Below, piece by piece: positions 25,438 to 34,596 of a stretch of DNA of 64,000 nt. Position 1 is the first letter of the stretch. Every line of letters starts with the position of its first letter. A program made the translations under genes and the position numbers. This DNA is from Schmidtea polychroa. Taxonomy: Eukaryota. The stretch covers positions 51,584,001-51,648,000 of the forward strand of contig CM097887.1 of the NCBI GenBank assembly GCA_044892525.1, given 5' to 3'. The notes beneath the pieces are model-generated. The model had not been told where the DNA came from and did not search any database. It worked only from the letters and a program-made list of their open reading frames with translations.

Positions 25438-27284
25438 GTGAGTTTGCTTATCATTTAACTACTCTTGCAGAGAAAGCGTTCGAAGTAAAGCCAGATCAAG
25501 AAGAAGTGGCAAAGCAAGTCAAAGAATTACTTCAGGACCAATTTTTGACAGGAGTCAAGAAAGAAATCAAAAAGGCTTTGTGTTTTGTTGATTTTACAAA
25601 TTTTGATGACTTGATTAGAAAAGCCATGAGAATTGAAATGAATCTTAAAACGACTCAGTCAAAGGCGGAATCATTTGCGATTATCAATGAGCCTAGAGAT
25701 AGATATATAACCCCAGTCAGCGATAACTTGCTTCAAAGATCAACCAGTCCATCTCCCAAGTTCAGAGTGAAATTTGAACCAAGAAAGTCAACAGACAGTC
25801 CAAATGAGGAAAGAGAAAGAACTCTTCAATGCAGTCATTGCCAGAGAATAGGTCATCACATAAATCAATGCTGGTTTAAAAATAACATTCGAAGAAGCCC
25901 TAGTCTGGTTCAGTGTGATTACTGTCAAAGAAAAGGACATAGCAATAGCCAATGTTGGTTCAAAAATAACGAACAACGTAGTCCAAAGGGAATGCGGTCA
26001 GAATGGTTGAAAAGTAATGGTGGTAAAAGTTTTAACAGAACGAATATCAGTAACCAGAGAACTAATGATAACATACAATGCTATAATTGTGGAAGGAAAG
26101 GACATGTCACTCGAAATTGTTTTGCAAGATCCAGATCTCCATCAACATCACCCTCACCGCAAAGAGACAGAGTTAACCTACAAGGCCAAATCCAATGTCA
26201 TTCCTGTAGAGGCTATGGACATATGGCTAGATCTTGTCCAAAGAGTAATAATATATTTCAAAGGCCGATATTAAAGAAGACGAGATTTCAGAAAGACAAA
26301 TCGCAATCTGACAATATAGCTTTTGCGCAAACAGATGATTTTAACGAGAGGATTGAAAATGAGATAAAGCAGATGAGTAGACGCTTGGATCGATTAATGT
26401 GCAAATTCGAATCTGACGAAGAATTGAGTAACCACATGATTTATGAGTCGCAATCAGAAGGATCAGAGACAGATTCTAAAGAGAAATTGGATAAAGAAGA
26501 CATAGAAAGAGAAAAAGTAACAATGATTATGCTGAGGATCAACAAATTTATTGAAGAGAGAGCAACAGAAACATCTAAAGTAATCTCATCGCTAAAGGAA
26601 TATAGTCAAATGACACTGAGCATACGAAAATTGAAAAATGAAATTGAGTTATGTGCCGATTATTATGATACAAATTTAAAAGACGAAAAGGAAATTGAAA
26701 ATGTGATGAAAATATTTGGAAAAACGTATCGAGAAAGTACATGGTTAGATTTTATGTTAATTAATGTTTTAGATGAAAAGGAGAAAGATGTAGCTTGCAT
26801 TCGGTGTGAAGTAGGAGATTGTGTAGAGGATTTAAAGAATAGATCAGAAGAAAATAATGGGAAACAGATAATAGAATTGAAGTTTAAAAATCGATGCTTA
26901 CGCAATGATGAGTTTTTAATTGATTGTGGTTTTATACCAGGAAATAAAAATAAAGTGGAGATAGCAAAAATGACAAGATGTTATGAAAATGTAAAAAGTG
27001 ATCTACAGAAAATTGTAAATGAGCTGAGAGAAGCTTTTGATGAGTGGAATAAAAATGCAATTGATGAAAAGTTGAAATTGGTAGAGGAAACGGAATTTGA
27101 CGAAAATAGTAAATTAGAAATTGTAAATGTAGTACGTCCATACATATATAAAAACTCGAAATATAAAGAAATATTAAAAGGTTTATTACGAAAATTTGGA
27201 AAAGAGATTAGAGAGACCAGGATAGAATTGAAACCATTTGTAATAGCATTAGATTATAAAAATGAAGGAAAACAGAGTATATAG
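25413..27284 (+). CDS. gag: Gag capsid C-terminus, four CCHC zinc knuckles and an uncharacterised helical extension
   Basis: 'QKPDESISEFAYHL...DQFLTGV'. Knuckles CSHCQRIGHHINQC, CDYCQRKGHSNSQC, CYNCGRKGHVTRNC and CHSCRGYGHMARSC (25830-26237). About 350 further aa follow with no recognised domain. Confidence 0.88.
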   Translation: MQKPDESISEFAYHLTTLAEKAFEVKPDQEEVAKQVKELLQDQFLTGVKKEIKKALCFVDFTNFDDLIRKAMRIEMNLKTTQSKAESFAIINEPRDRYITPVSDNLLQRSTSPSPKFRVKFEPRKSTDSPNEERERTLQCSHCQRIGHHINQCWFKNNIRRSPSLVQCDYCQRKGHSNSQCWFKNNEQRSPKGMRSEWLKSNGGKSFNRTNISNQRTNDNIQCYNCGRKGHVTRNCFARSRSPSTSPSPQRDRVNLQGQIQCHSCRGYGHMARSCPKSNNIFQRPILKKTRFQKDKSQSDNIAFAQTDDFNERIENEIKQMSRRLDRLMCKFESDEELSNHMIYESQSEGSETDSKEKLDKEDIEREKVTMIMLRINKFIEERATETSKVISSLKEYSQMTLSIRKLKNEIELCADYYDTNLKDEKEIENVMKIFGKTYRESTWLDFMLINVLDEKEKDVACIRCEVGDCVEDLKNRSEENNGKQIIELKFKNRCLRNDEFLIDCGFIPGNKNKVEIAKMTRCYENVKSDLQKIVNELREAFDEWNKNAIDEKLKLVEETEFDENSKLEIVNVVRPYIYKNSKYKEILKGLLRKFGKEIRETRIELKPFVIALDYKNEGKQSI

Positions 27285-27337
27285 AAGAACATTGGTGTAC
27301 CAAGGTTGGTAAATTACGAAAGAGAGCCGCTGAAAGA

Positions 27338-27856
27338 TTGGGAAAGGATGGAATTATTCAATTGATATTTAAAAGTGAAGAATTAGGTGACGATGAATAT
27401 TTATACGATTGTGGGTTTATACCTCAAGAATTAGATGAAGACGGATATTTATGTTCAGATACAGGATATTCAATAAATTGTGTAATAGTAATCAAAAATC
27501 AGATATCAAATAAAGTATATGAGTCCGACAGGTCAAATAATGAGATAGAAAGGGATGATGAAAATGAAAGAAGAGTTGAAAATGAAGGTGTACTAGATAA
27601 CAAGGACATAGGAACTAATGATAAAGATAAAAGTATAATAACAGAAGTATTAAAGGAAGGGCAAGTAACCAAAAGTGAAATGAATAGTGAAATAAAGACA
27701 AAAAAGCCTAGAACTTTGTATGAAATTAAAAAGAGCCGGGTGAAGTCAGAATTAGAAGTTGATGAGACAAAAAAGTTATTAAAGAATTTAGTTAAAATAG
27801 TATATCCAATGTTCGAAATAAAAGTGGATACAAGTGCGAATTGGGAGACACAGTGA
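27338..27856 (+). CDS. Accessory segment with the second 'DExLxDCGFIP' repeat; probably a frameshifted continuation of the gag ORF
   Basis: 'IIQLIFKSEELGDDEYLYDCGFIP' parallels 'IIELKFKNRCLRNDEFLIDCGFIP' at 26868-26939. Adding one A at ~27270 joins the two frames. Confidence 0.65.
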   Translation: MGKDGIIQLIFKSEELGDDEYLYDCGFIPQELDEDGYLCSDTGYSINCVIVIKNQISNKVYESDRSNNEIERDDENERRVENEGVLDNKDIGTNDKDKSIITEVLKEGQVTKSEMNSEIKTKKPRTLYEIKKSRVKSELEVDETKKLLKNLVKIVYPMFEIKVDTSANWETQ

Positions 27857-27884
27857 ATGGAATGGAAAAGAAACTTCCTAGTGT

Positions 27885-29627
27885 ATGCAGAGATTTGTTG
27901 AAAATGATGACTTTTGTAATAGAGGAGTCATGAAAACTTTGACGAAAAATGGAATTGATAAAGAAGTAGTACTAACAAGCTTAACATATGCAGTTTTAGA
28001 GATAGGAGCTCATAAGAAAATGGAATCAGATGAATTAGAGAATTTGATAGATGCAGCTGCTCGAGTTTTAAATGAATATTTAATGAATTGGATAAAAAGG
28101 AATGGAGGTTGGGTCAAAGTGGTAAAAGTGCTTACGATAAATAAAAATAACAAAATTAATATACCTCATAAATCGCTAAACGGGAGAGTTAGCTCAATAT
28201 TGAGAAAAACGATGGTATTTCCATGGGTAATGTTTATGATAATTGTTTTGTGCGCAATAATTACTCAGACAACCTGTATGACTGCATATGATTGTTCACA
28301 AACGGAAATGGGAAAAATTTATTCGGTAGTAGATATGTCAGAATGTTCGGATGTATACCCGAGAAAACTAAAGATTGAAAAAGATGTAAAATATCATGTA
28401 TATCAAGAATCTGATTTAAGACGAACGAAAGTTCGAGAATGTATAGTTAAACATACTACATTTATATTTTATTGTGGGAAGTGGAGCCATACTTCATTGA
28501 TAAAGATGTATACAATCCCAAGGCCAGTGGAAGTTATGCCAGAAAATTGTTTAGCAGCTTTTCAAACAGAAGAATTGAAAATAAGTTCGGAAATTAAACT
28601 GAAGGCAAAAATAAATCATAGGACGAGAGAAACGGTGGTTACGAAGGGATTAATGAAGCAAGACGGAGATTGTGAAGGGGAACCGTACAAAGTCAGTGGT
28701 AAGATTATTCAAAAAGCAGTGGTGATAGAAGAATATCTAACGGAATTGAGAGAATTTGAAGGAGCTTTTGATGATGATACGGGGAAGTTACAGACCCACC
28801 CATTTTGTAATATGAAACACAATAACTGTCAAACGGGGGAATCAATTCTTGTTTATGAAGTAAGAACTAATGTATGTAACTTAGCGCATTTAAAAACGAT
28901 GAATTTCAAAGAAATTAGTGGAGAGCAGTTTAGGGAAAGGCCTGACAATATTAATGTAAATTATGGAGTAAATATGACAATCAGATCAACGCCCGTTTGG
29001 ACAAGAAAAACAGCGACTGTATTAATGTCAATAATTCCGATGGACGCCATGCGTTTTATATTAAAGGAAGTTACCAATAAATGTGGTCAGACGGTATACT
29101 CCACAAATTACAAAGGAGTTTACGTATCAACAGTAATAGTACAGGAAGCTAAAACTAGAATTCATACGGGGGATATTAAATTAACCCACTATTTTAACAA
29201 TAAAATTGATTACTTATTTCATTATAGTCAGAACACCATGGACAATATCTATCGAGAAATGATCTTAAATAATTGTAAATTAAATAAAGAAATACTTCGA
29301 AATCGAATGGCAATGGCCATCACCAACCCAAATTTGGTTGCACCCATGTTAATGTCAGAAAATGGAGTGTTTGCGAGAATCTTCGGAGAAGCTTTATACA
29401 GTTATAAATGTAAGGAAGTGTCAGTAAAAATAATGAAATACGAAAAATGTACTAATGAATTGCCAGTTAGCGTCGATGGGAAGATACGATTTATGGAACC
29501 AATAACACGGATATTACTTGAAGAAAACATAAAACCAAAATTACTCCAGTGCAATAGATTGCTAGCCCCGTTATACCGTTTGGCACCAGATTCTTGGATA
29601 GCATTACCCGATCACCGGATAAGTTAG
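27885..29627 (+). CDS. env: Bcl-2-like domain, hydrophobic signal/TM segment and chuvirus-like envelope glycoprotein ectodomain
   Basis: aa 51-80 'LENLIDAAARVLNEYLMNWIKRNGGWVKVV' match helix 6/BH2 of the Bcl-2 family. aa 110-131 are hydrophobic. The ectodomain begins 'TAYDCS...YSVVDMSEC...ECIVKHTTFIFYCGKWSHTS...NC...KQDGDCEG', the cysteine pattern of chuvirus-type glycoproteins. Confidence 0.82.
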   Translation: MQRFVENDDFCNRGVMKTLTKNGIDKEVVLTSLTYAVLEIGAHKKMESDELENLIDAAARVLNEYLMNWIKRNGGWVKVVKVLTINKNNKINIPHKSLNGRVSSILRKTMVFPWVMFMIIVLCAIITQTTCMTAYDCSQTEMGKIYSVVDMSECSDVYPRKLKIEKDVKYHVYQESDLRRTKVRECIVKHTTFIFYCGKWSHTSLIKMYTIPRPVEVMPENCLAAFQTEELKISSEIKLKAKINHRTRETVVTKGLMKQDGDCEGEPYKVSGKIIQKAVVIEEYLTELREFEGAFDDDTGKLQTHPFCNMKHNNCQTGESILVYEVRTNVCNLAHLKTMNFKEISGEQFRERPDNINVNYGVNMTIRSTPVWTRKTATVLMSIIPMDAMRFILKEVTNKCGQTVYSTNYKGVYVSTVIVQEAKTRIHTGDIKLTHYFNNKIDYLFHYSQNTMDNIYREMILNNCKLNKEILRNRMAMAITNPNLVAPMLMSENGVFARIFGEALYSYKCKEVSVKIMKYEKCTNELPVSVDGKIRFMEPITRILLEENIKPKLLQCNRLLAPLYRLAPDSWIALPDHRIS

Positions 29628-29690
29628 AACTCCAGATAAATTGGAATTAATCATTTAGAATATTTAGTGAACTTTACATCCCTAAATTAA

Positions 29691-30206
29691 ATGGCACAAC
29701 TAGGTTTCTACGCAAGCGAGGATATAGAAGAAGCTCAAAGAAATTTATTATTTCCATCAAAGAAAGAACGGGTGATATCAGAAATGATTGATACAATATT
29801 ACCAAACGGAGAAAGTAAGGTTAATTATGAATATCTCCTAACGCCAGATCATTTCAAAAAAGCAACGTACAAAACGATGGAAAAGATTTGGGGAAAATTT
29901 ATGTTCTTAGGACAAGCGTGTGCTGGTTTGATTGGCATCTATGTGATCGTAGTAACAATAAAGGTGATACTATCTCAAATTTTATCTGCTCATAGAATAT
30001 ATATAATATCCGGATGGTCATGGAAAATAATTATTGGTTGTATTCCGTTTATAGCAAGATTTTTTATTAATCATCATCAATATAAAGAAATGGCGAATGT
30101 GAGAGCACAGAGAGCACTTTGTGTGAATCGAGGGACAGAAATAGTGGCAATAACAACAACAATGACAATGGCAGAAACGAGCAAATGTATTTTAGAAAAG
30201 AAATAA
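29691..30206 (+). CDS. env: Envelope glycoprotein C-terminal part with transmembrane segments
   Basis: Same frame as 27885-29627, after a short disrupted stretch. Hydrophobic 'FMFLGQACAGLIGIYVIVVTIKVILSQIL' and 'IYIISGWSWKIIIGCIPFIARFFI'. Confidence 0.75.
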   Translation: MAQLGFYASEDIEEAQRNLLFPSKKERVISEMIDTILPNGESKVNYEYLLTPDHFKKATYKTMEKIWGKFMFLGQACAGLIGIYVIVVTIKVILSQILSAHRIYIISGWSWKIIIGCIPFIARFFINHHQYKEMANVRAQRALCVNRGTEIVAITTTMTMAETSKCILEKK

Positions 30207-31873
30207 TGAAAAGCGAGGTAAAACCAGAGTCACGGTGCCTACTAGAACAGATGCCAAAACATAAAGGAATCGACACTCTCTCAAAATGGTATACACCGGT
30301 ATTCCTTCCAACAGCACCAGCATATCCAAGTGCAAGGCTAAAAGAAATGAAACCAGTAGAACATATTAAACGAGAAGCCGAAAAGATTGAACCAACAAGT
30401 GCTGAAATAGAACGGAAAAACATGCTCGGATTACCATGTAGTTATGCGTTGATGACAATAGGAAATAGAGGCAAACAACCTCGAACAAATATACTATTTA
30501 ACGAGAGAAAGGTCAAAGCCTTGTTAGATTCCGGTTCCAGTCATACTATAGTGTCAGATAAACTGTTGACAAGGGAAGAGAGAGCAAAGATGAAACCAAC
30601 GAATAAAATTATTAAATCAATGTCTCACAATGTACTGAATATAATCGGGAAGCTAGAAGTCAAATTAATTATTGGTAACCAAGAAATAACACATTATGTG
30701 TCAGTAATGAGTAAAAGCCCTGTTGAATGTCTAATTGGTATGGATGTTATGGAGCAACTGCGAGGAATTGCGCTGGATCTGACAACAGGAAAATTAATAA
30801 AGGGACAATTATATACAGTTGCAAATAAAGCAAGAGAAGTTGTTTTAAATCAAACGTTGGAAATACCAGCAAGAAGCGAAATAATATGTTATGCTAGTGT
30901 AGCAAACACGTCAGATGACGAATGTGTTTTCGAACCCAGTCGAAAACTAGTAGAGAAATACGAATTGCCAATGTGCGACGATATAGTACAAGTAAAAGAT
31001 CAGGCAGTGCCAGTGAGAATGGCTAATCTTAGCACAAAATCTATCCAAATGAAACCTAACAAGAAGTTAGGAAAGTTAATGAAATTTAAAACAGAACAAG
31101 CCCAAAAATTACCGAGAAACATTAAAATTTATAGAAAACCACAAGTGACGAGCAACGATTTGACAGAAGCACAAAAACAACAGTTTATGGCATTATTAAA
31201 AAGGTACAAAAGAGTGTTTGCAAAGCACGAGTATGATTTGGGACTTACCCAGGTGATCGAACATGAGATACCACTACTCGATGAAACTCCTATTAAATTA
31301 CGACCGTATAGAATCCCTTATATACATCAAGAGGAAAGTGATAGACAGATAAAAGCGATGAAAGAGTTTGACATAATAAGAGACAGTTCATCACCATTCT
31401 CATCCTCAATAGTAGTAGTCAAAAAGAAAGACGGTGATTTACGGTTTTGTGTGGATTATCGAAAATTGAATCAGGCTACAAGAAAAGACACCTACCCTTT
31501 GCTAGTTCCACAGGAAATGTTTGATCAAATGGGAGAAGTACAATTCTTCACAGTAATCGATTTGAATAAGGGATATAATCAATTTAAAGTAAAAGAAGAA
31601 GATAGAAGGAAAACGGCATTTTCAGACGGTAAAGGTTTGTACGAATTCAATGTGTTACCATTTGGCTTAACGGGAGCACCAGTGACGTTCCAGCGAGGTA
31701 TGAATTTTGTGTTAAGAGACATCCCACACGCACTAGTTTATATTGATGATATAATAATATTTTCGAATAACTTTCAGGAACATTTGGAAGATGTAGAAAC
31801 AGTATTCCAAAAATTGTTAAAGGCGAATTTAAAAATAAACCCTCAAAATGTGAGTGGGGGATATCTGAGGTAG
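30119..31873 (+). CDS. pol: Aspartic protease and reverse transcriptase (frameshift near the RT end)
   Basis: 'ALLDSGSSHTIVS' (PR, D at 30527). RT motifs 'LRFCVDYRKLN', 'IDLNKGYNQ', 'PFGLTGAPVTFQR' and 'YIDDIIIFS'. One A is missing in CCTCAAAATG (~31848). Confidence 0.95.
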   Translation: MCESRDRNSGNNNNNDNGRNEQMYFRKEIMKSEVKPESRCLLEQMPKHKGIDTLSKWYTPVFLPTAPAYPSARLKEMKPVEHIKREAEKIEPTSAEIERKNMLGLPCSYALMTIGNRGKQPRTNILFNERKVKALLDSGSSHTIVSDKLLTREERAKMKPTNKIIKSMSHNVLNIIGKLEVKLIIGNQEITHYVSVMSKSPVECLIGMDVMEQLRGIALDLTTGKLIKGQLYTVANKAREVVLNQTLEIPARSEIICYASVANTSDDECVFEPSRKLVEKYELPMCDDIVQVKDQAVPVRMANLSTKSIQMKPNKKLGKLMKFKTEQAQKLPRNIKIYRKPQVTSNDLTEAQKQQFMALLKRYKRVFAKHEYDLGLTQVIEHEIPLLDETPIKLRPYRIPYIHQEESDRQIKAMKEFDIIRDSSSPFSSSIVVVKKKDGDLRFCVDYRKLNQATRKDTYPLLVPQEMFDQMGEVQFFTVIDLNKGYNQFKVKEEDRRKTAFSDGKGLYEFNVLPFGLTGAPVTFQRGMNFVLRDIPHALVYIDDIIIFSNNFQEHLEDVETVFQKLLKANLKINPQNVSGGYLR

Positions 31874-32406
31874 TCTATGTTGGTCAAATTATATCCCGAA
31901 GTGGATTACAGCCAAACCCCGAAAATGTAGAAAAAATTAAAAATTATCCAATTCCAAAAAATGTAGATCATGTTAGACAATTTCTCGGATTAGCCAGTTA
32001 TTATAGAAAATTCATTAAACATTTTGCGCATGTAGCACAACCCTTGAACATATTATTAAAAAAGCAGACTCAATTTAAATGGACAAAAACACAACAGGAA
32101 GCGTTCGAATCGCTGAAAGAAAGTTTGATTAAAAAACCAATATTAAGATGTCCAAATTTTAAAATACCATTTATCCTAATGACAGATGCGAGCAATTTTG
32201 CGTTGGGCGCAGTGCTAGGACAACGGGTTGAAGGAGAAAGAGATCATGTCATCGCATATGCGAGTAAAACTTTGAAACCGCATGAAAAGAATTATTCTAC
32301 GATTGAAAAAGAAACGTTGGCATTAGTTAATGGAATAACTACATTTCAACAGTATTTAGTTGGAAGAAGATTTGTTGTCTTTACGGACCATAACCCTTTA
32401 CAATGA
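31850..32406 (+). CDS. pol: RT thumb/connection and RNase H; ends at a premature TGA (W codon) before integrase
   Basis: 'QFLGLASYYRKFI', 'LMTDASNFALGAVLGQ', 'NYSTIEKETLAL' and 'TDHNPLQ*LMKH'. In frame with ORF 32410. Confidence 0.92.
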
Positions 32407-32409
32407 CTT

Positions 32410-34596
32410 ATGAAGCATAGAGATTCAGCAAGTAAGTTGATTAGATGGTCAATTGCACTACAGGAATATGATTTTGAAATTAAATACCGTACGGGTAAAT
32501 CAAATGCAAATGCAGACACACTGTCGAGAATCCCTGAAGAAAATAATAATAATGATGAAAAAACGAACTATAATGATACAATATTTATGGTAATTAAATC
32601 AGCAAATAATATAAAGGAATTACAATATGATCAAGAAAATAATGAGGAACTAAATCAATTACGGAAAAATGCAGTAACAATTAAAAAGGAGAGTGATTGG
32701 AAACATATTGTTGAGGAAAAACATAAATATATTATCCACGAGGGTTTATTAAAATGTGTAAAAAATGAAAATTTACTAATTATAGTTCCAGCAAAACATC
32801 GAGAAACATTATTGTTGATTTACCACGATGGAGCACTAGGAGGGCATTTATCAGCTCGAAAAACATTATCAAGATTGAAATTGAAGTATTATTGGGAGAC
32901 AATGGAACAAGATGTCAAACAACGGTGCCATACTTGTAGAGTATGCTTGACAAGACGAAATACAGGAAGGAAAATAAAAGTTCCACTAAGACCTATGCCG
33001 GTGCCAGCAGCGCCAATGGAAATGACAGCAATGGACATTGTCGGTCCATTGCCGGAAACAATAAATGGCAATAAATATATTGTTGTATTTTGCGACTATC
33101 TAACTAAATGGCCAGAAGCATATGCCATGCAAAATCAAAAGGCAGAAACAGTTGCAAAAATTTTAGTAGAAAACATTATTTTCCGATATGGAGCACCAGA
33201 TAAATTACTTACAGATCAAGGAACGAATTTTCAAAGTGAATTATTTAGTTCGATATCGGAGCTATTTGGTATATTAAAACTTAGTACATCACCATATCAT
33301 CCACAAACAGATGGCCTAGTAGAAAGGTTTAACGGAACATTAATTAATATGATATCATCTCATGTGAATCGAAAACAAAGAGATTGGGATTTATTTATCA
33401 AACCATGTTTATTCGCATATCGAAATGCAGTTAATGAAAGCACTGGTGAAACACCCTTTTATCTTATGTATCTACGGCGAAATAATATGCCAATTGATTT
33501 GAAATTTCAAACACCTATATTGCAGTATATGGATACATCCGATTATAAAGTAATTATGCATGAGAGATTACAGTCAGTGTGGGCTCAAGCTGGTTTAAAA
33601 ATAAGACATAGCCAGGAAACGTATAAAAAATCCTACGACAGGAAAGCACATGCTCATAATATTAATATAGGAGATTTAGTCTATGTGAATAAACCAGAAC
33701 CAGAAAAGGGCTTGTCACCAAAGTTACAACGACCGTTTAAAGGACCGTATATTGTATGTGATACAACAGAAACCAACCTGAAATTACGTCCACAAAATAA
33801 TAAAAAGGCTGGGACAATTATAGTTCATGCTAATCGTTGTAAGAAAGTGCCGGCAATGGAGAGTGATAGATATCCGTTAACATCGAAAAAGAACAAATCA
33901 GTAGAAGAAAAAGTGGTCAAGCAAAAAGTTATTAAAAACCCAGTACCCTTAGGATATACCACTAAGGTCTTATTAATAACAACAATAATGCTACTAAATG
34001 TTTTGGGAACAAATGCAGGTCGATCTTTTCCAAAGTATGCAATAAAAAGGGTCCCATTATTGGAGAAAATTCATATATATTCAACATGTACCCAAATAGT
34101 ATGGTTTTATCTGCGTGGGTCAACGGAAGAAATAGAAATAAGTAATTTATTAAATCACTTTGACCCACCTGTAAAGTTGAATTTCAATAAAAATATTTTC
34201 GTGGCTCGTCAATTAACAATCAATTATGAATACCCTTGGCAAATAACAGAGTTACTATTTCAAAATAATAATACAAAAATTCGTAATATAATCCAAATTG
34301 AAATATTAACAAAAGATTTAAACAGTCTGGTTTCAATAGAACCAGTAGTGAATGGAATCGACGTATATTGGGAACCCCACGAATCCAAAAAAGTGAAATT
34401 AATCTTCCAAAATAATATTATCGATACATTAAACATCAGAAAACCCTTTGTCCATTATAATAATTTAAAATTAAATCAAACGTATGATATCGTTGTGCAA
34501 TATTATGAAAAGCTTTTGCGTGAAAATGGTACCGAAATCGATAACCAGTGGGTAAAAATTGATTCTATTCGACAATCCACAAAATTGGAAAATTAA
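32410..34596 (+). CDS. pol: Integrase (HHCC, DDE, GPY) fused in frame to a signal-like hydrophobic segment and an FN3-like ectodomain
   Basis: 'YHDGALGGHL...CHTCRVC', 'MDIVGP', 'TDQGTNF', 'VERFNGTL' and 'RPFKGPY'. Then 'VLLITTIMLLNVLGTNAG' (33967-34020) and 'GIDVYWEP...NNLKLNQTYDIVVQ'. Confidence 0.9.
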   Translation: MKHRDSASKLIRWSIALQEYDFEIKYRTGKSNANADTLSRIPEENNNNDEKTNYNDTIFMVIKSANNIKELQYDQENNEELNQLRKNAVTIKKESDWKHIVEEKHKYIIHEGLLKCVKNENLLIIVPAKHRETLLLIYHDGALGGHLSARKTLSRLKLKYYWETMEQDVKQRCHTCRVCLTRRNTGRKIKVPLRPMPVPAAPMEMTAMDIVGPLPETINGNKYIVVFCDYLTKWPEAYAMQNQKAETVAKILVENIIFRYGAPDKLLTDQGTNFQSELFSSISELFGILKLSTSPYHPQTDGLVERFNGTLINMISSHVNRKQRDWDLFIKPCLFAYRNAVNESTGETPFYLMYLRRNNMPIDLKFQTPILQYMDTSDYKVIMHERLQSVWAQAGLKIRHSQETYKKSYDRKAHAHNINIGDLVYVNKPEPEKGLSPKLQRPFKGPYIVCDTTETNLKLRPQNNKKAGTIIVHANRCKKVPAMESDRYPLTSKKNKSVEEKVVKQKVIKNPVPLGYTTKVLLITTIMLLNVLGTNAGRSFPKYAIKRVPLLEKIHIYSTCTQIVWFYLRGSTEEIEISNLLNHFDPPVKLNFNKNIFVARQLTINYEYPWQITELLFQNNNTKIRNIIQIEILTKDLNSLVSIEPVVNGIDVYWEPHESKKVKLIFQNNIIDTLNIRKPFVHYNNLKLNQTYDIVVQYYEKLLRENGTEIDNQWVKIDSIRQSTKLEN

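Noticed and set aside
25390-32410. Idea that all ORF breaks in the Gypsy element are programmed frameshifts or homopolymer sequencing errors, leaving an intact element
   Set aside because: Several breaks are in A runs, but there are also nonsense substitutions (32404, 34594, 36447) and compound lesions at 27856-27885 and 29620-29690, which indicates real decay. Some read errors cannot be excluded.
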